DNA of 40,686 nucleotides from Perkinsus olseni (Eukaryota): NCBI GenBank assembly GCA_013115125.1, contig JABANN010000309.1, positions 1 to 40,686 of the forward strand, read 5' to 3'. Shown piece by piece: positions 23,506 to 36,370 of this stretch (position 1 is its first letter; each line of letters starts with the position of its first letter). The notes under the pieces were generated by a model. It saw only the letters and a program-made list of their open reading frames with translations, ran no database searches and was not told where the DNA came from. The position numbers and the translations under genes were made by a program.

Positions 23506-24570
23506 CGCCATCGTGTTCCATCTGAATTTCGGGTGATTGATGTTTTCCCACTTTCGTTTCCCGAATTTACTTGCAGGTCGATTTTTGGACAAACTCCGTG
23601 CAATTGGAATCGTTCGGGAAATAGTAATAGCAGCAGTCCTTGAATAGTGATGGATTCTTTCGATTATTGTAATTGAGAAGTTCTTCGAGGGCATCGTTTC
23701 GGTCGTAAGGGAGTTATTCTAGAAAGATAGGGTCGGGGTGGTCGGTGGAAAAATTCCGGAACTCAGGATCGAGTATTTTTGCATGTTGGAAATGTTGCTG
23801 AGTTTAATTCTGAGGCTTAGAATTGGCGATCACCGTTGGCCGATTCTGAGAGATGTTGGACAGAATGCTACTGATAGCTGGTTGACTCAAATTATGGGAA
23901 ATTTCCGTCGGTAAATTTCGAAATTCTTGATAGAAAAATGGGAATCTACGCGACCATGGTATGAATTCTATAGTAGAGATGCTATGTTAGTCTAATCTGT
24001 TTCATTTACGATCGAAGCTGTCTTCCCGAGTTGGGGCGTATTTTCATCAGGTACCGTAACATCCGTAATACGTGCTCATCAGAGACTAGTAGCTCTCTCG
24101 GAGCTATATGGTAGTAGCAGGACCGGAAGTGATGACAAACACAACGTGGGAGTCTCCGGAGGTTGAGGATATCCTCAATTGTCGTTTTTTCGAGTTTTTA
24201 TTCACTTATTGTGGGTATCATGATCCTCACCATTTTAACGCTCTTACTTCCTGCATGCTAGTTCTAATTAACGATTCGGTCACGCCAGCGGCCCTCAGTT
24301 TCACTACCACCGAGTGTTGTGTGGGGAGGGACAACCGATGCTGCTGGTCCTCTGTGGGCAGTCTTCGCGAATCTCCAATTTATTGGTCTCGCAAGATGTA
24401 AAATCTGAAGGGTTCCATTACTTATCATTCAGTCTTTGATTTCTATCTATATTTCAATTGAATAGAGCAGCGGTCAGCCTTGGATACGTTTCATCAATTT
24501 TGGGAAAATTTCTCCAATCACTAGTGTCAGCTCTTCATTCTCAGCTAAGTTTGGTCGTCACTTCCTCAAT

Positions 24571-25506
24571 ATGCCCAAAGTTCGCACTCTTCATTCGAAG
24601 AAGGCTCCAGGTAAGCATTGTGGCTTGGCCGTAGTCCGATGACCTCCCCTTTATCAGAGGGCTGGGACGAGATCGAACCGACTCTGATGGAGTTGGACAG
24701 GAAGATGAGGGACGCTGAGAACGAACCGCATGAGGATAAGAGAAAGACTGAGTTGCTTTGGCCGATACATAAGCTCAACCACCAACGATCGAGGTGAGAC
24801 GCTCCGTGGCTTCAGACGATTTCAATTACGGCGTGCCATTTATCATCGTGCTTTAAAGTGCTGCATTTTTTCGCCCAGGAGCGACCCTCTTTATCAACCG
24901 GTCGCAGTTGAACTCTATTATAGCGTGGAAACCTCGCTGACCTGCCCGTACCTGAGGGAGCTGATGAGAGGGGCTCGTAGAGAATCGGGTTAACCTGTGC
25001 GCTGTGTGGACTCGTAAACGACCAAGTGACGAACTTTGCATCTGAATGGCATCTTAGTTTGATACTGGGCAAGATCTAACCGCCGGCTTTACAGAGGGTA
25101 TCTTGAGGTTCATCATGACCTTTCATGCGTGAGTTAGATACGTCTTTGACATGTATTATAAAAAGAAGGCTATTTCCAAGGAGCTCTTCAGATACTGTCT
25201 CGATGTAGGTCTGCTTCTGCTTCGCTCCGCCTTTTTTCACGACTTTTTTCTCTTAGGAGGGCTGGGCGGACAAACAGCTGATTTACAAGTGGCGGAAGCC
25301 CGGCTATGATCAGCTGTGCTGTATGCTCTGTTGCCAATCGACCAATCACAACCAAGTGAGAATCTTTTCCGCTCGCTGAGGTCGCCCATCCCTACCCTCA
25401 GGGAACCACTTGCATCTGCCGCGTACCGCGCAGTCAGCTCGGCGAAGGGAAGGTCGTGCAGTGTGCTCACTGTGGTTGCCGTGGCTGCGCTTCCGGTGAC
25501 CAGTGA
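24571..25506 (+). CDS. BUD31: BUD31/G10 splicing factor, 5 exons
   Basis: [23 protein letters not shown]...[62 protein letters not shown]...|[10 protein letters not shown]...[15 protein letters not shown]; canonical G10 family sequence. Confidence 0.97.
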
Positions 25507-27299
25507 GAGGCTCTCATCCTTTGTACCGTATAATGATGACCATTACTATAGACACGTTCGAGGCTCGATGGGTTGTGTTGTGCTCAGTGAGTTCAGGGCC
25601 GTGGTCATTCCCAGAATCTCGCCGAAGTCCCATAATTCACTCAGAAGTCAATGGGAAGTCTGGGAAGTCACTTAGAGTCCTGGAATCGAGCTCCGACGGT
25701 CAGAGGGATCGTGGCCTGGGCAGGATAGGTAATGCCCCTTCGACGAACTTCCTTATAGGAAGTTACAAACTGTGCTTAATACGCACTGCTTACCCGAGGC
25801 TTCGTAGAGTCCACAGGAGATGATGAGCTTCGTTAGCAGGTGACGACAGTATCCGAATAAATCAGCCCGATTTACAACTGTGCCATTGAAGGAATTGTGG
25901 TCGAGTCGCAAATGTAGCCCCGTACCTGGCGCGATCGATCGTTATCCCGTACTAATGGTTAGACGCGAGACTTCTGCGGTTCAACTTTCCCAGCGAGCAC
26001 CTCGCTCGTTCCCAGGTCGTCCCACTGTAGCCGAAATCTGGACCATCCGTTCCAGGCCAGCCGGGCTGTTCTGGCGTGAGCCAGTCTTATTTGGCTCACG
26101 TGGATTGGGTCGATATGCCCATTGCCGACAAATCTGTAATACATCTTTTGCATCAACTTACACTTGTGCCGACTACCGGTAAATTACCGCCGGTAATAGG
26201 TTATGAAAACGCAAGCGACGTAACGAATGGCTCATGCTCGCCGGGGTGAACCCTGGGGCCTCCGATTCACGCTAGGTCGGCAGAATTGTACGTAGTAGTA
26301 CTGAGGTCCAAGTGGTTTCAAGCGCTCGTGGTCCAAAACGATGGACCCGAGCAATAGCTTGCGCGTTGCTCAGGATTTCCGAAGCTAGGATATGTTTCGT
26401 AGGAGCCGAAACTGATTACATTTGCGAAAATTATTCAGCTTACCGCTTTCCAAAAAATCTGGTGCCTGCGTGGAAGAGAGTTTAGAATATCTCTGCTGAG
26501 CTTAGCGATAGTATGAATACTATTCATACTATCGCTAACTAACGATGCTAAGCTCAGCTATTCATTGAATAGCAAAGGGCCATAGACGAAAGCGCCGTGC
26601 CAGTCGGCGCTCTGGGTACCTGACGGCGCGGCCCACGCGCCTCCGCAGGGACGCAGCCGCTGTAGGATAATCGTATGTCACTCCGGAAAGGAGAACAGGT
26701 CGATGTGCTCATTGCAGGGGATACAGGGCTTGTATGAAGTAGCACTCTGTGATACTCCGAACGCAAAGCAGTGTGGTGTGGATATGGCAACAGCCTGAAC
26801 GAGTATCACAGACGAACAGCTCATAGCTAATGTCATTAGCCTAATGATCGATAAGGAACAATGTAGACAATTATTGTGTCAACCATCACACACTCACAGC
26901 CCGACTTGAGCCGACTAGCGGTGATAGATGATGGAGACTCTGGCGACTCTGTCCCAAAGGCAGGTGAATTTACAAGATAGTGCTGAAGCTGCACCGACAA
27001 GGTTGCGGACAGTGCCAGGAACTGCTTTCTGAAGTTTATCATGTTCCCAAATGGTGGGGCTCCATGGCAGCGATCTGGCAACTAGAGATCGCCGGTGCAC
27101 GGAAAACAGAAATTCGATGACTGGCCGAAAGTTCATTTTACGGACACTCAGTCTTCGCAGTGAGAAGCCAGGTATCTCAGGTACCCTTCTGCCGATGGCC
27201 CTCAGTGTTCAGTTCGTTGGTGGCACTTGCGATTCAGTAACTGAGCTGATTCTCAGCTCAGTAGTTCAACCCTCCCATCGTGCTCGACGTTACGCCTGC

Positions 27300-27560
27300 C
27301 TCTCCTCCCTTCAGACTGAACGCATTGACATTGAAACTTCGGGAACAGGATAACTTGAAAAGTGGGGTGCCATTATGGCACTGCCATATTTGAGCGCATA
27401 CGGTTTTCTTACGGCTCGTGTACAGAAGATATCTACCATGACCATCCATCATGAGTCGGGACAAAATTGGATGAGCCAACGAATTCCGACTTCAGAGGTC
27501 ATTCGCCACGCCGGCACGAAAAAGAATGATTGAGTAATAGGACCACACTTAGGAAGTGGC
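27300..27560 (-). mobile_element. Possible decayed 3' end of a non-LTR retrotransposon ORF2
   Basis: Frameshifted GPITQSFF...ILSRLMMDGHGRYLLY...C..C-like string resembles the TGHG/CCHC tail of non-LTR RT ORFs; weak. Confidence 0.25.
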
Positions 27561-28123
27561 GAGAATGAGAAGACACCGCTGAAACCATCAGAAAGTCGCA
27601 CGTGATGACAACGAAACTACATCGGTTGAACGATCACAAAACCTCTCGTGAGGTTAATGCGGGGGTTTCGGGCGAAGCACGGCGAGATGATTGATGACAA
27701 CGATCGAGCGATTTCACCTGGGTCGCAGTAGCGTCGTTCGTGCCAGCGATTCAACGAGATCGATCGAGGTATAATAACAATGTTGAGGCGACGGTCAAGT
27801 AATATCTGCTGCCCCATAATACCGCGATGTTACTAATGTTAAGCATAGGGCGACCAGATTGGTCGGTACAATACTAACCGTTAGTAACGATGTAGCGTTG
27901 ATGAAAAATGTAGAGCGAAGGAATGTTTGATCGTACTTTACGATGGTGAGACGAATGATGAAGAATTGCACGATAGACGACTCCGACGATAGAGCACTCG
28001 AGTTGTAACAAATGCTGACCTGAAACAGGTCCAACGCCGGTTAACGATACTGGTGCAGTATTCGTCAGTGAAAAACATTATGTAGTTGTGAATCGAGAGA
28101 GAACGGCAAGGCCGTACAGGAGT

Positions 28124-30305
28124 CTAAGCACCAATGTTGCAGCGACACTGCATTGTTACGGCCAGGTTTTGAGGAAGTGTCGTTAGCGGGGTCGAGAACT
28201 TTGGTGAAACACCCTTGCCTTTAGCGAAGCTGAAGTTGTCAAAGTGCTGTAGGAAGAGGGCGGCACTGCAGATGATCTCTGCGATTCCTAGGAATCTTCC
28301 AGGGCACTGTCTTGGACCAAAGCCGAAGGCGATGAACTCCGAACGCTTCTCCCCGTCGATCGAACTGCCATCGGCCGACAGCCAACGTTCAGGTCTGACC
28401 AAAGACTGGAATACCCCAAACTATGACTCATATTCTATGAGCATGCGAGACTCGGCATTAAAAGAGCGGGCTCTGAGAGGCACTTACATGAACTTATCTC
28501 CCTCGTCGTAGTTCTCCCTCATCATCTGGCCAACCAGAAAGATGAGTTGGGTGCCGGCCTTGACGGTTTTACCGGCCACTTCGGTATCGACAAGAGCTTT
28601 GTTAATGCTGACCGGTACGGAGGGATTGAGCTGAGGAGACGTCTACCGAATGACTCGTCTTTTTAGGCTTACTCTGAGAGCATCCAAAGCGCATGCCTCG
28701 ATGTAAGGCATACTGTGAATGGAGGTAGGCGTTATTTCTCCAATGGAGTCCGCTTCAGCTCTTAGAGCTGAGCTCTAGCTCTCTGCTGAACCTCAGGATA
28801 GGTACAGAAAGCATGGAGCATCCAAGCCACGGCGCTGGCAGTAGTTTCTCCACCACCCCCCAGATACCTGAGAAACGTAAGTTCAACTTGGTGAGTTGGC
28901 ATATTCATATGAGAGAACTACGGGGGTGGAATCCACCCGGTGGATGAACTTTCCAATTATTGGAATGTTAATTCGCTCCCATTGGAATCCAATGGTAACG
29001 GGCCGTTACTAACGGCTCTGCCGAGACAAGTGAGTTGTCTCACATCATGAGGGTATGTGCGAGCTCCTTCTCGCTGAAATCAGCGCCGGCACTTTTCTTG
29101 AGGCTTTTAGACAGACGAGGGTGATCGGGTCCATTCACGACGTTCCTTCGAAAGCTTTCTACATATCACTCGACCCGACTCGACCCGTTCCCAACGATGC
29201 GCGAACTGAGAAACATAGAGCTTGGAACGGTCCGTCGCGTCCGAAGACACTCCCCGGCTTACCTGTCTTAATCCGGGGAAAATCAGTTTGTACAGGAACC
29301 GATCATGGTAGAAGACGCGAGAGAGTTTCATACTTATCGCGAATGAATCTCCGATGAGACCCCAAAGCTTGGCTTGAATCTCATCGCCGTAAAGTGGATC
29401 TGAAACGACGAGTGAGAACTTCCGAAACGTCAAGGGCAATAATAACCTTTTGAAGCCATCGGGTAGTTCTCGGCCATACAGAGAGCCGAAACAACTATCG
29501 AAGCGCACTGACGAAGGTCTTCTTCTGGATGCCACACGATATTGCCTTCCTCGTCAGCGGATTCTTCCAGTTTCCTGACCTGGTATCGGACGAGAGACGC
29601 ACCGCGGCGAGCCGTGTTAAGCACTCACCATTTTCTGGGTAGTTCTTGTGATCATGGGCAAAAGCTTGTTGACGTTGGTCTCCGTTAGAGGCCGCGAGGA
29701 TATCTTTCGATGCTTCTTCCAAACATCACCCTCAGCCGTAGCCATGCTCACACCGTCCATGATATTTTCATAGTCGGGCTTGCTGAACTCTCTCGGTCTC
29801 CTCTTCATGACGCTACGGTAGGTGGGCATGTCGGAAACTACCAGTACTTGACGAGTTGGAGTCCTACACGGACAAAATAGAAGATTCCGTCGAACCTCAG
29901 GTCTCAGCCTCAGCCTTCACCAGGTATCATTCAGCCTACTTGAAGCAGCATATCTTCCCAAACTTCTTCGTCATCGCCATGAACTCCTTGAATGTATCCT
30001 CAGTTGACATGAGAGCAAGTCGCACCATGAAGCTCATTTGAGATGCAGTCACTGACTGCCAGTCAGATGAGCTCCGTGTCAAGCATCATGGGGGCACTCG
30101 AAGCGTTGTCTTACGGTAAGACTCTTACCCCAGGCCCGGGAAAGGGTGCCTTCACGAAAATGCTCTTGAAGATCCTCAGAACCTTCAGGCCTATCAGCCC
30201 AGCTGTAGCAGCCGCTATCATCGAAGGCAGACTGGCGTATCTCTGACTCATCATCAGCAGCCACCCGGAGGCTGAGGGTCTGAATGATTGTGGGAGCCCA
30301 AACAT
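28124..30305 (-). pseudogene. Cytochrome P450, full-length multi-exon but disrupted
   Basis: N-terminal anchor plus PFPGPG, WKKHR, GGGETT, PERW and FGFGPRQCPG heme motif. Lesions: a 14-nt frameshifting insertion within 28756-28777, a 10-nt tandem duplication at 29168-29187 with adjacent TGA, and ExxR reading DALR. Confidence 0.85.
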
Positions 30306-31000
30306 TGTTACAACTTCTGAGAATCTCGTAAAGATTTCAACGTGTTTGTACTCCTCATGACGCCTCGAAGCGCCCCAGAGAGTCCAGCCTAGAAATCAAT
30401 CGCACAAAGGGACCGTGACTGCAGTATAGGACACCAGGCTGATACCTCTATGAATCTATGAGACGGGTAACCTTTTGAGGGTCGATAAATGCCAAAAACT
30501 TAGTCTGGCTTCACGAAAATCCCGCGTTCAACACAGCATAGACGGGATTTGTGTCTGCGTTCACATTACTAGCCCGGGGACACACACTGCACCCGGGCGG
30601 GTTCATCAGATCAACATGAAGGCTTCTCTCGCGTAACTCTGTTAAAGTCGTCGGTTGCAGGTCAACATGCCCGTGCTGCTATCGGCAGCAAGAAGGATTA
30701 CAGAGTGGTCGGTTATGGGATTCAAATAATAGCTTTAACTCAGCTGCAGCTGGGCGGATGACCTCTCCAACGGGACAGCGCCGACCCAGGAGCATGCACC
30801 GCGTAAGTATACAAAGGCAGGTTGAGCCTCATGAATCGAAAGTTCCGATGCTCTACGCGTCATCTACCTCCATATACTCGGAGTTTCATACATGATAAAG
30901 GAAGCTCCTCGAGTAGCGCTTATCTGAGACGCCTCGGAACCACTCCATGTGGGACATTGTCCCGGGTGCCACGCTCAGGCCCCGCGCAGGCCTTTGAGGA

Positions 31001-31127
31001 TGATGCGCTTCGCTCCGCTGTGCTTCAGGCGAGACACTTCCTCCATGAAATACAAGGCTTTAGACGACTTAGTACGTCTCTTCCTGTGTGTTGAGTCTCA
31101 TGTCACCTGATACACCCGAATGGCACA
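31001..31127 (+). repeat. Dispersed ~125-bp repeat, copy B
   Basis: Matches 13805-13930 with few substitutions. Confidence 0.9.
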
Positions 31128-32288
31128 GCAGAGGATTTGGAACAAATGCCCTATCCTCGGAAGCGACGTGACATGCCTCACGACGTGAGGTTCACGTCAC
31201 GACGGGACAGAACGGGATGCTAGGTGTTCACAGGTGTCGGCCATGACCATCACAACAACACAAGATGGAACCAGAGGTAGCTCTTATCCTAGTCCATCAG
31301 TGAGCATGCAGAGTGTCTAGAAACGGTGGGCGAGCGATATACAGGGAATCTTAGAGTGAGCGGAGCGACTCCGCACGCACCAAGCTACCAGCATGCAAAC
31401 ACTAGGCTGGCAATTCCCAAAATCCAAGGCACCTGACAGAAATCCAACCGAGGACTCTGACTGAGATCCAAGGCGGATGGCCATTTTACAAGGCGCGCAG
31501 CGCTTTTCATGGGGTTTCGGTTTCACGGGGGTTACGGTAAGCACTCCGTCAGGTCTTAGTCAACTTCTCTATCCTTTGCCAGCCTCAACGTAGAGAGAGG
31601 AACAGTTCGTAACCAAAAAGAGGAGCTCGACGCACGATCTCCGGGTTCGAACCTCGGCAGGGGGTTTTTTCCCCTAAATTCGCTTTTCTGCCACAGTTCT
31701 CTTCCCCCTGCCAGTGGCAGACTGCGACAGTTTTCTCCCTTGTAACACAATTCCCTATTGTACCACAGTTGCCCCAGAGCCACTTCTAAACGGGGTTCCC
31801 CGGCCGGGACTACAATTCGAACCCTCGGATAACCTATTACCTACAAGTTATAGGTAATAGGCTATAGGTTGAAGTTATAGGCTATAACGCTAGGCCTTCG
31901 GGTTTGGGGTGAAGGTAGCACGAAGGGCGACCTGAGTCGGGTTTCTGATTCAGGGGGGTTACGGTCAGTATCCCACTCGGTCTTAGTTTTCTTTTTCTTG
32001 ACGTTGCCGTAACGTCCTTACGTCGTTGCGTGACGACCAGTAACGCAACGCGGCTGTTGTTCGTGCTTGTAGAAAGCCAACTTCAGTAACTCAGAATTCA
32101 GTAATTGCAGATTAACACTTTGGGAGAACGGTTTCCGGTACAATCATGTGAACAACGGTGCACGGAGCACTGCAATCGATTACGCAATCGACAGAATTAT
32201 AGCGCCAGTAACTCTGCAAACTGCACGAACCCTAATGAGGAAACACTGTCGTCGAAACGCGCGCCCCCTGCGCTGTCTCTGGGGACAG

Positions 32289-32907
32289 CCGAGCTGTTCA
32301 GTAAATCGATCCCGGGACTCGAGATCAAGGTAGGATTGACCGACGCTTTATTCTGTCCAGTCGATCGATCCTGGGAGCAATTCTAGGATCAATCCCCGGA
32401 TCGATCCTGAACGCGTTCAGAGAGCAAAGGATCGATCCTAGGACCGGTCCTGGGACCAAATTTTCCAGGACTGGTTGACACCGATCCTAGGGGCTCCGTG
32501 GCGCGCGGAATAACACCAAATTACACAAAGTCGCAGTGTTCCTCACCAGGATGATTCGTGCGTACTAGGCGAATGACCCAGGTTCGATCCCCGCCTAGGG
32601 AACTCCGGGACTTTTGTATACTTGTGCACAATTTGAGATGGCCGTGGATGGCAGTGAAACATTTCAAGTTATCCAGGAGGTGCAGGTTGTGCGCCAATGG
32701 GGGTCCAAAGATTGACCCCAGGATCAGATTTCAAGATCGTGTTTTATGAACAGTGTTTGAGATCGATGCCGGGATCAGTCCTGAAAAGTTTCAGGACCGA
32801 GTTCCCTGAAGCCGTTCTTGGGATCGATTTTCAAAATCGAACCTCATTGAGGATTCCTCAAGGTCGATCCTAGGATCGTTGTCTTGCTCTCTTACTGAAC
32901 AGCCCGG
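32289..32907. mobile_element. MITE-like element with 16-bp TIRs and GATCGATCCT subterminal repeats
   Basis: CCGAGCTGTTCAGTAA (32289) versus TTACTGAACAGCCCGG (32892-32907), 15/16 as an inverted repeat. Many GATCGATCC/CCTAGGA/CAGGAC units cluster near both ends. TSD not clean. Confidence 0.7.
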
Positions 32908-33096
32908 TTCTGGCTGCCCGAATGACTTTATCAGTGTTATTGAGGATCTTACGCTCCTAAGCCTACAAGGTTACAGGGAAGACCTCCTTCCTCACGAAGC
33001 TTGTCATCCTGCCTCGAGGAGCTGTTCCAAAGTTCTAGGTTCAGTGGGAAGGCGAGTCGCCTCCGACGAGTACCCGGAGCACTGTGCTCCTGTTTT

Positions 33097-34102
33097 CCTG
33101 TCGTGATAGAAGACGCGCGTTGGCTTCATACTGACCACGAAGGCATCTCTGATGAGGCCCCAAAGCTCGTCCTGCCTCTCGTTGCCGTAGAGTGGATCTG
33201 AAAGGTATACCAGATCGTCCGAATACGCCATACAAGCTGCTGACCTCCAGAGGCCATCGGATGTTCCTCGCCCATGCAGACAGCGGATGCGATTCTCGAA
33301 GCGCACAGGCCCCCCAGGTCTTCCACCGGACACCAGAGAACATTCCCTCTTTCGTCCGCAGATCCTTCGACTTTTTCAATCTGGCAAGAAAAGGAGGCAG
33401 AGCAATGAGCCGCTTCAAGCATTGAGTGCTGCACTCACCATTTTCTGCGTCGCGTCGGTGATCATGGGCAAGAGCTTGTTGACGTTGGTCTCCGTTAGAG
33501 GTCGCGAGGATATCCTTCGATGCTTCTTCCACATATCACCCTCACTCACGGCCATTTGAACACCATCCATGATATTCTCATAGTCGGGCTTGCTGAACTC
33601 TCTCGGTCTCCTCTTCATGACGCTACGGTAGGTGGGCATGTCAGAGACTACCAGTACTTGACGAGTTGGGGACCTGCGAGGGAAGAATGCACGATTACAA
33701 TATGAGTGTCAAAAGCCACCCAATCATCAAGGCTCAAAAGTTAGAGTTTGCTTCACTTACTTGAAGCAACAGTTCTTTCCAAACATTTTAGGCATCTCCA
33801 AGAACTTCTGGAATTGGTCTTCGGGCGACATCAGGGCAAGTCGGAGCATGAAGCTTATCTGAAGACGTCAAGAAGCCACTTGAGAGCATTCCTCAGATGC
33901 CGCTCCAAGATGCCTGCCGTCTTACCCCAGGGCCGGGGAAGGGCGTCTTCTCTAAGATTCTCTTGATGAACTTCAGCACCTTGAACCCGATGAATCCAGC
34001 TGCAACGGCAGTCATTACTGACGACAAGGAGGAGCACCCTTGACTTGGCGTCAGCAACCATCTAGTGAGCGAAGTTCTGAAGTCACCAATGAGCCCTAAC
34101 AT
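33097..34102 (-). pseudogene. Cytochrome P450 paralogue, 5' half only (truncated)
   Basis: Exons closely match the 28124-30305 gene (MPTYRSVMKRRPREFSKPDYENIMDGV...). Homology ends at RVFYHDR; no I-helix or heme motif downstream. Confidence 0.85.
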
Positions 34103-36370
34103 TCAGTTGTCGGGAAAATATCGAAGCTACATCAGCCACTTCCGATCAAATAGGGTGCAGTTCTTCCCCATTGAAACAAGCCCCCCAAATTTTTTTCGCG
34201 CGCCTTCGGCGCGCATATCCGCCCGTGCTCGACGCTCCCTCAGGTGAAACCATTGGAATGAAGCACCTAAATACCCGGGAAGAATCTCAACCATTCTTCC
34301 AGGGAATATTGAGCATTCTTTCTTCTCGGGAATTTCCGAAATTACCGGTGAGAAAGAACAGCATTCTTCCCCGCTGGGCCACCCTGGTGAACTGCTAAGT
34401 GCTCTATCGGTCCGCTCCTCAGCTCGGGATGACAATGAACGAGATGAATGCGCTATACTCGGGGTATACTTGACGTGACAATACGTAAATGTGTGATATT
34501 TCTTGCGGTCGTGAGCCGACCACAGCAAGACGAGCAGCGCTCGTCATCGGTGGGCACATGTATTGCATGAGCGTTCTGCATTGAGCCCGCGACCGATGAA
34601 AACGAGTACTCACTCACCCCAGACGGTACGAGCATAACTACGAGATGGTACGTGTCTCTGACATGACCGACGGGCACAGTCATTGACCGTGTCCCTCCTG
34701 AGGTGACGCCACGTACCGGCGTCACTTCAGGAATTACGCGATCACGATCAGCCCATGAGCATATCAAGAAGGGGAACTATGTGTCTCGGAGTACTGCACA
34801 GTCGATTGGACTGCCAGTCCGTATGAGCATGGACTGTTGGCAACAATCTGTTACAACTTGCGAGACGATTGCTTGTGATGCATGCGCACACAACTGCACA
34901 CGCTGTGCAGCAGCGCAGCTAAATCCGCACGAGAGTACGCTGCGATCCGCAGCCTGCGGAGGTTCTGCTCGCCTCTCGTTTGCATCTTGCTTCGACTATA
35001 AACGACAATACGATGCAATATGATGTGTAATACAAACATTGTGTTACACAATGTTTGTGTATCCGTTAAGTGATTTATGGATTATTCGTTTTCATGACTC
35101 AGAGTCTGAGTCATGAGAACGAAGTCTCAGTCTCGTCTGAGTCTCAGATAAACCTGTTGCGGCGATTCGCCGCCGGCGAATGTCTCTCTGCAGCTCAGCG
35201 ATATTCTGGATAAAACCGTAGCCGCGGGGGACTGGGAGGAGGTGGTTCCGAAGCCCGAACAGTGCAGTGTGCACTGTGCAGCGGATTGTCACTCGTGAGG
35301 CATCTCAAAGCAGCCGAGAGCAGTGTCAAACGGCTTGCCCCAGGCAGGGGCGGCGGCTCAGGTGCCAGAACTGTGACAGCCACTGCGAGTTGGTGGGCAA
35401 GCGAACCACAGACTATGGTCCACAGTGCCCGAGCTAGAGGCATGAGAGCGCGACTGGTTATCCCAGGACCTACCAGGTCGAAGCACTCTCCCCAGTCTCC
35501 TCCATGTCACTAGAGGTTGACATTCAGCAGCCAGACTAGAGCTCAACTGGGCCACCGCAAACCGCTCAGTAGGAACGATATAACAACCAAATAGATAGAC
35601 TTGGTTGATAACTGATTGATCCCTAGCTGCTACCTCGATGGCTTCCTTCAGGAACCTCCCACTGGAGGTAAGCTGCCTCACTCCGAAGGGGAGCAGTTAT
35701 GAATGCCCTTCACGAGGCTGAAGGAAGGTCTATCCTCGTCGAAGATTCCTCGAGTCCAGAGCCTGGACCTCGCAGGAAGCTTCTGCCTGGAGGAGTAGGG
35801 CGACAATGTCGCTGCAACATTTTGTGTCAGCAATTAGACTCTTTAATTTAGACATGGGTAAAGGACGGGGTCTAGGTGTGAAAAAAGGTCCGCTAACCCA
35901 CTCATTTTTCAGGGTTTCACGGTGGGGATCTCACCTATGTCGGGTATTATACCCGGGGTATAGCTAAGACTCGCTCACTAAGAAGAATATTAGTTCATTA
36001 CAACCCGACAAAAGAGTCGCTTTCACGGACCTTGAATCGAGGTGAAGCGCGCGGTATGAGGCTGAGCTCGCGAACCTGTGGTGGGGTTTTCGCGCCAGAC
36101 CCGGTAACAGTACGATTATCACACTCGGAATTACGTCGCGCGCAGAGTTGATGAAACACCCACCACCGCACGAGACGTGCAATTCCGGGCCCTTGGAGAG
36201 TTATCCGGACGACGTCCGGCGGACGTTCTCCGTGCCGTCTCGGCAGACTTGCTGATTGGCATGTTGTCGACTAGGCGTAAGTTTTCACGACAATAATAAC
36301 AAAATTGTTGGGCGACAACAATAGTCTCCAATACATTGAATTCAGAAAATTCGGCTCGTCAAAATTCGAG

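Noticed and set aside
28673-28684. Novel P450 with DxxR in place of the near-invariant ExxR
   Set aside because: The gene has other disabling lesions, so the change may be post-inactivation decay; it cannot be claimed without an intact allele.
29736-29745. CCGTAGCCAT match to the start of the dinoflagellate/perkinsid spliced leader
   Set aside because: Only 10 nt, antisense within P450 coding sequence (MATA codons); consistent with chance.
35150-35830. Possible retroelement coding remnant on the minus strand
   Set aside because: Broken frames with no diagnostic motif that I can support.
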